Shown: in pieces, positions 61,938 to 64,000 of the stretch
How the letters are laid out: each line of letters opens with the position of its first letter
Numbering within the stretch: position 1 is the stretch's first letter
Origin: Limnochordia bacterium
Lineage (GTDB): Bacteria; Bacillota; Limnochordia; DTU080
Direction of reading: 5' to 3'
Assembly (NCBI GenBank): GCA_050951545.1
Contig: JBMNJG010000016.1
Span: 64,001-128,000 of the forward strand
Length of the DNA stretch: 64,000 bases
The notes under the pieces: generated by a model
The model's database searches: none
Told to the model about the DNA's origin: nothing
The model's input: the letters and a program-made list of their open reading frames with translations, nothing else
Made by a program: the position numbers and the translations under genes

Positions 61938-63689
61938 CTAGTCCTCCTCAGATGCTTCGTCCGCATCTACGCGCCTGAGCTTGCCACCGAAAAACTGTAC
62001 CGCCTTCGATACACTGGGAAACTGCATCATATCCTCTTCCTGAGAAACAGGTGGGCCACTTTGCTTCTCTTCTGCACGTTGGTCGTCATTCGGCCTGGCG
62101 TCGCCTGCTGGTGCAGGGGGATCACCGACAACCGTAGAAACCTGAATGAGCCTGCCGAGTACCTTTGAGATCGCTTTTTCCACTTCAGTCTTATGACGAG
62201 CATCCTCAATGTTCGCCTGATGGAATCTATGCCTGGGAGAGAAATAGATGACCACCCGATGTCCTTCGACAACGCCCGGCACTCCCTCCCGCAAAAAAGC
62301 CTCAGTAGATATCATTCGCTCTTCTCTCAGCAACGAAAGTACGCTCGGCCACTCTGACTGCAACTTCACAAGTTCATCAGTGGCGGTGCTCTGGTGTTGA
62401 GCGGCGATCTCAGGTTCCTTGGGTTGCGCCTGGGTATGCTTCGCCTCCGCCCCAGAGACAGCACTCTCGCCCGATGTTACCTCCATCGCAGCGGGTCTGG
62501 AACTTGAGGAGACGCGACGAACAAGCTCCTCCAAATCTGTGAGACGCTGTGCCAATTTGCTCAGCTCATCTTGTGCATCCACAACAGCTTCTGAACGTGC
62601 CTGACTTCCCGCCACGGCCCTCACCATAGCAATCTCCATAGCCATTGCTGGGCTTGTCGACCAACGCAACTCCGCGTCCACCGCTACAAGAGCATCCACC
62701 ACGTTCAGCAACTGATCAAGCCTACAGTGAGTCACTTCCTTGCTCATCGTCTCCCGCTCTGCCTCGTCTGCCACCACGAGGTCTGGGACGGCGGGAGCCG
62801 CCTTGAGCAACACCAAGTCGCGAACATAGGCCGTCAGATCCCGCGTCAGCTGCTTGACCTCAACGCCTTCATCAAGTAGTGCGTTTGTTAGCTGAACCGC
62901 ACCACTCAGATCCCCCTTCAAGATATAGCCAACAAGCTCGACAAGTGCTTCCCGCCGTACGATTCCCAAAACATCCGTAACGGTTGCCACATTCAGCTTT
63001 CCTGGTTCCGCCGCCAAGCACTGATCCATCGTAGCTAGCGCATCACGCATACTCCCCTCAGCATGCCGGGCAATAAGTGCCAGTGCCTGGGATTCCGCCT
63101 CAACCTTTTCCACGCCCGCTACATGCTTTAGATGACCAGCTAGCTGTCCTGAGCTAAAGCGGCGAAAGTCGAACTTCTGGCACCGCGAGAGTATGGTGGC
63201 CGGTACTTTGTGGGCTTCTGTCGTAGCGAAGACAAAAACGACGTGACTCGGCGGCTCCTCAAGAACCTTGAGTAACGCGTTGAAAGCCTCATTGGTCAGC
63301 ATGTGCACTTCATCAATGATGTAGACCTTGAAACGACCCCCGGTAGGAGCGTATCTTACGCGGTCACGCAATTCACGGATCTCATCGATGCCTCGGTTAG
63401 AGGCTCCATCAATCTCCAAGACATCCACAGCAGCTCCGCGCGTGATATTCAAGCAGCTATCGCATTCGTTACAGGGGGCTCCCGTCGGTCCATGTTCACA
63501 ATTGAGCCCTTTCGCCAGAAGGCGAGCAAACGTAGTTTTTCCAGTGCCCCTCGGACCAGCAAACAAATAGGCATGAGCTACACGGCCTGTGTCTAGGGCA
63601 TTGGTTAGCGTACGCACAATATGTTCCTGTCCCACGACCTCCGAGAAAACCTGAGGTCGCCACCTCCGGTAAAGCGAAAGATACGCCAT
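61938..63689 (-). CDS. dnaX: DNA polymerase III gamma/tau subunit
   Basis: LYRRWRP, GPRGTGKT, IDEVHML, TILSRC. Confidence 0.97.
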   Translation of the reverse strand: MAYLSLYRRWRPQVFSEVVGQEHIVRTLTNALDTGRVAHAYLFAGPRGTGKTTFARLLAKGLNCEHGPTGAPCNECDSCLNITRGAAVDVLEIDGASNRGIDEIRELRDRVRYAPTGGRFKVYIIDEVHMLTNEAFNALLKVLEEPPSHVVFVFATTEAHKVPATILSRCQKFDFRRFSSGQLAGHLKHVAGVEKVEAESQALALIARHAEGSMRDALATMDQCLAAEPGKLNVATVTDVLGIVRREALVELVGYILKGDLSGAVQLTNALLDEGVEVKQLTRDLTAYVRDLVLLKAAPAVPDLVVADEAERETMSKEVTHCRLDQLLNVVDALVAVDAELRWSTSPAMAMEIAMVRAVAGSQARSEAVVDAQDELSKLAQRLTDLEELVRRVSSSSRPAAMEVTSGESAVSGAEAKHTQAQPKEPEIAAQHQSTATDELVKLQSEWPSVLSLLREERMISTEAFLREGVPGVVEGHRVVIYFSPRHRFHQANIEDARHKTEVEKAISKVLGRLIQVSTVVGDPPAPAGDARPNDDQRAEEKQSGPPVSQEEDMMQFPSVSKAVQFFGGKLRRVDADEASEED

Positions 63690-63841
63690 GTTTTGCCACC
63701 CCGCACCTAGTCTGTCGACCAACTTCTGCACTAGGTTAGCTATCTCCTGTGCTAGCAGCTGGCAATGATCGAGCTTCAGATTAGACCAATGGCGGAAACA
63801 AAGAGGCCTATGCGGACGCTTGTTCGCATAGGCCCAAAAAT

Positions 63842-64000
63842 GCCGTGCACCTGCCGTCGAATAAGACGTTCGGGCGATTCTCCAGCAGCCAACTCAGACC
63901 AGGCACCCTCGCGGCACCCAAGATAACTACTTACCGCTGCTTCCTTCCGGACCTGACGGGGTTCGTAGCCTCTTGCTGCGCGAGACCCAATCCTCAACGT
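63842..64000 (-). ncRNA. ffs: Signal recognition particle RNA, large type (3' part; 5' end outside the window)
   Basis: TCAGGTCCGGAAGGAAGCAGC helix-8 motif; 3' end GGTGCACGGCA; upstream of dnaX. Confidence 0.93.

Noticed and set aside
61938-63689. Programmed frameshift in dnaX
   Set aside because: No A-AAA-AAG or long A-run slippery site seen on the coding strand.

Overview
Mostly core chromosome of a GC-rich, spore-forming Bacillota bacterium (bofA, yaaL, abrB, a T-box and a Bacillota-type large SRP RNA support this; Limnochordia-like affiliation is only my inference). From left to right it holds a DUF58/vWA (MoxR-type) cluster, ndk, a prenyltransferase, HtrA, phosphoglucomutase and glycerate kinase. 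A tRNA-rich accessory stretch follows (about 13.0-21.5 kb; tRNA-Arg/Gly/Thr/Val), then purA, tatD-metG with a Met T-box, abrB and the rsmI-ricT-holB-tmk-decarboxylase block. Next come HtrA plus a two-component system, a peptide ABC transporter, hppA, a c-di-AMP riboswitch upstream of a SulP gene, and dppA. The window ends with a 16S-23S-5S operon and bofA-yaaL-recR-ybaB-dnaX-SRP RNA. The best candidate for an undescribed system is at about 13.8-15.85 kb. There, a 367-aa protein with two tandem winged-helix modules and a C-terminal Vsr/DUF559-like nuclease motif is bracketed by same-orientation copies of a hairpin-containing repeat, expanded on one side to a 94-bp tandem array. Other notable items are a 5S-3'-end/terminator duplication around a structured insert, a candidate Na+ riboswitch upstream of hppA, and small proteins missing from or mis-started in the ORF track. 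All assignments are by eye; no database search was run.
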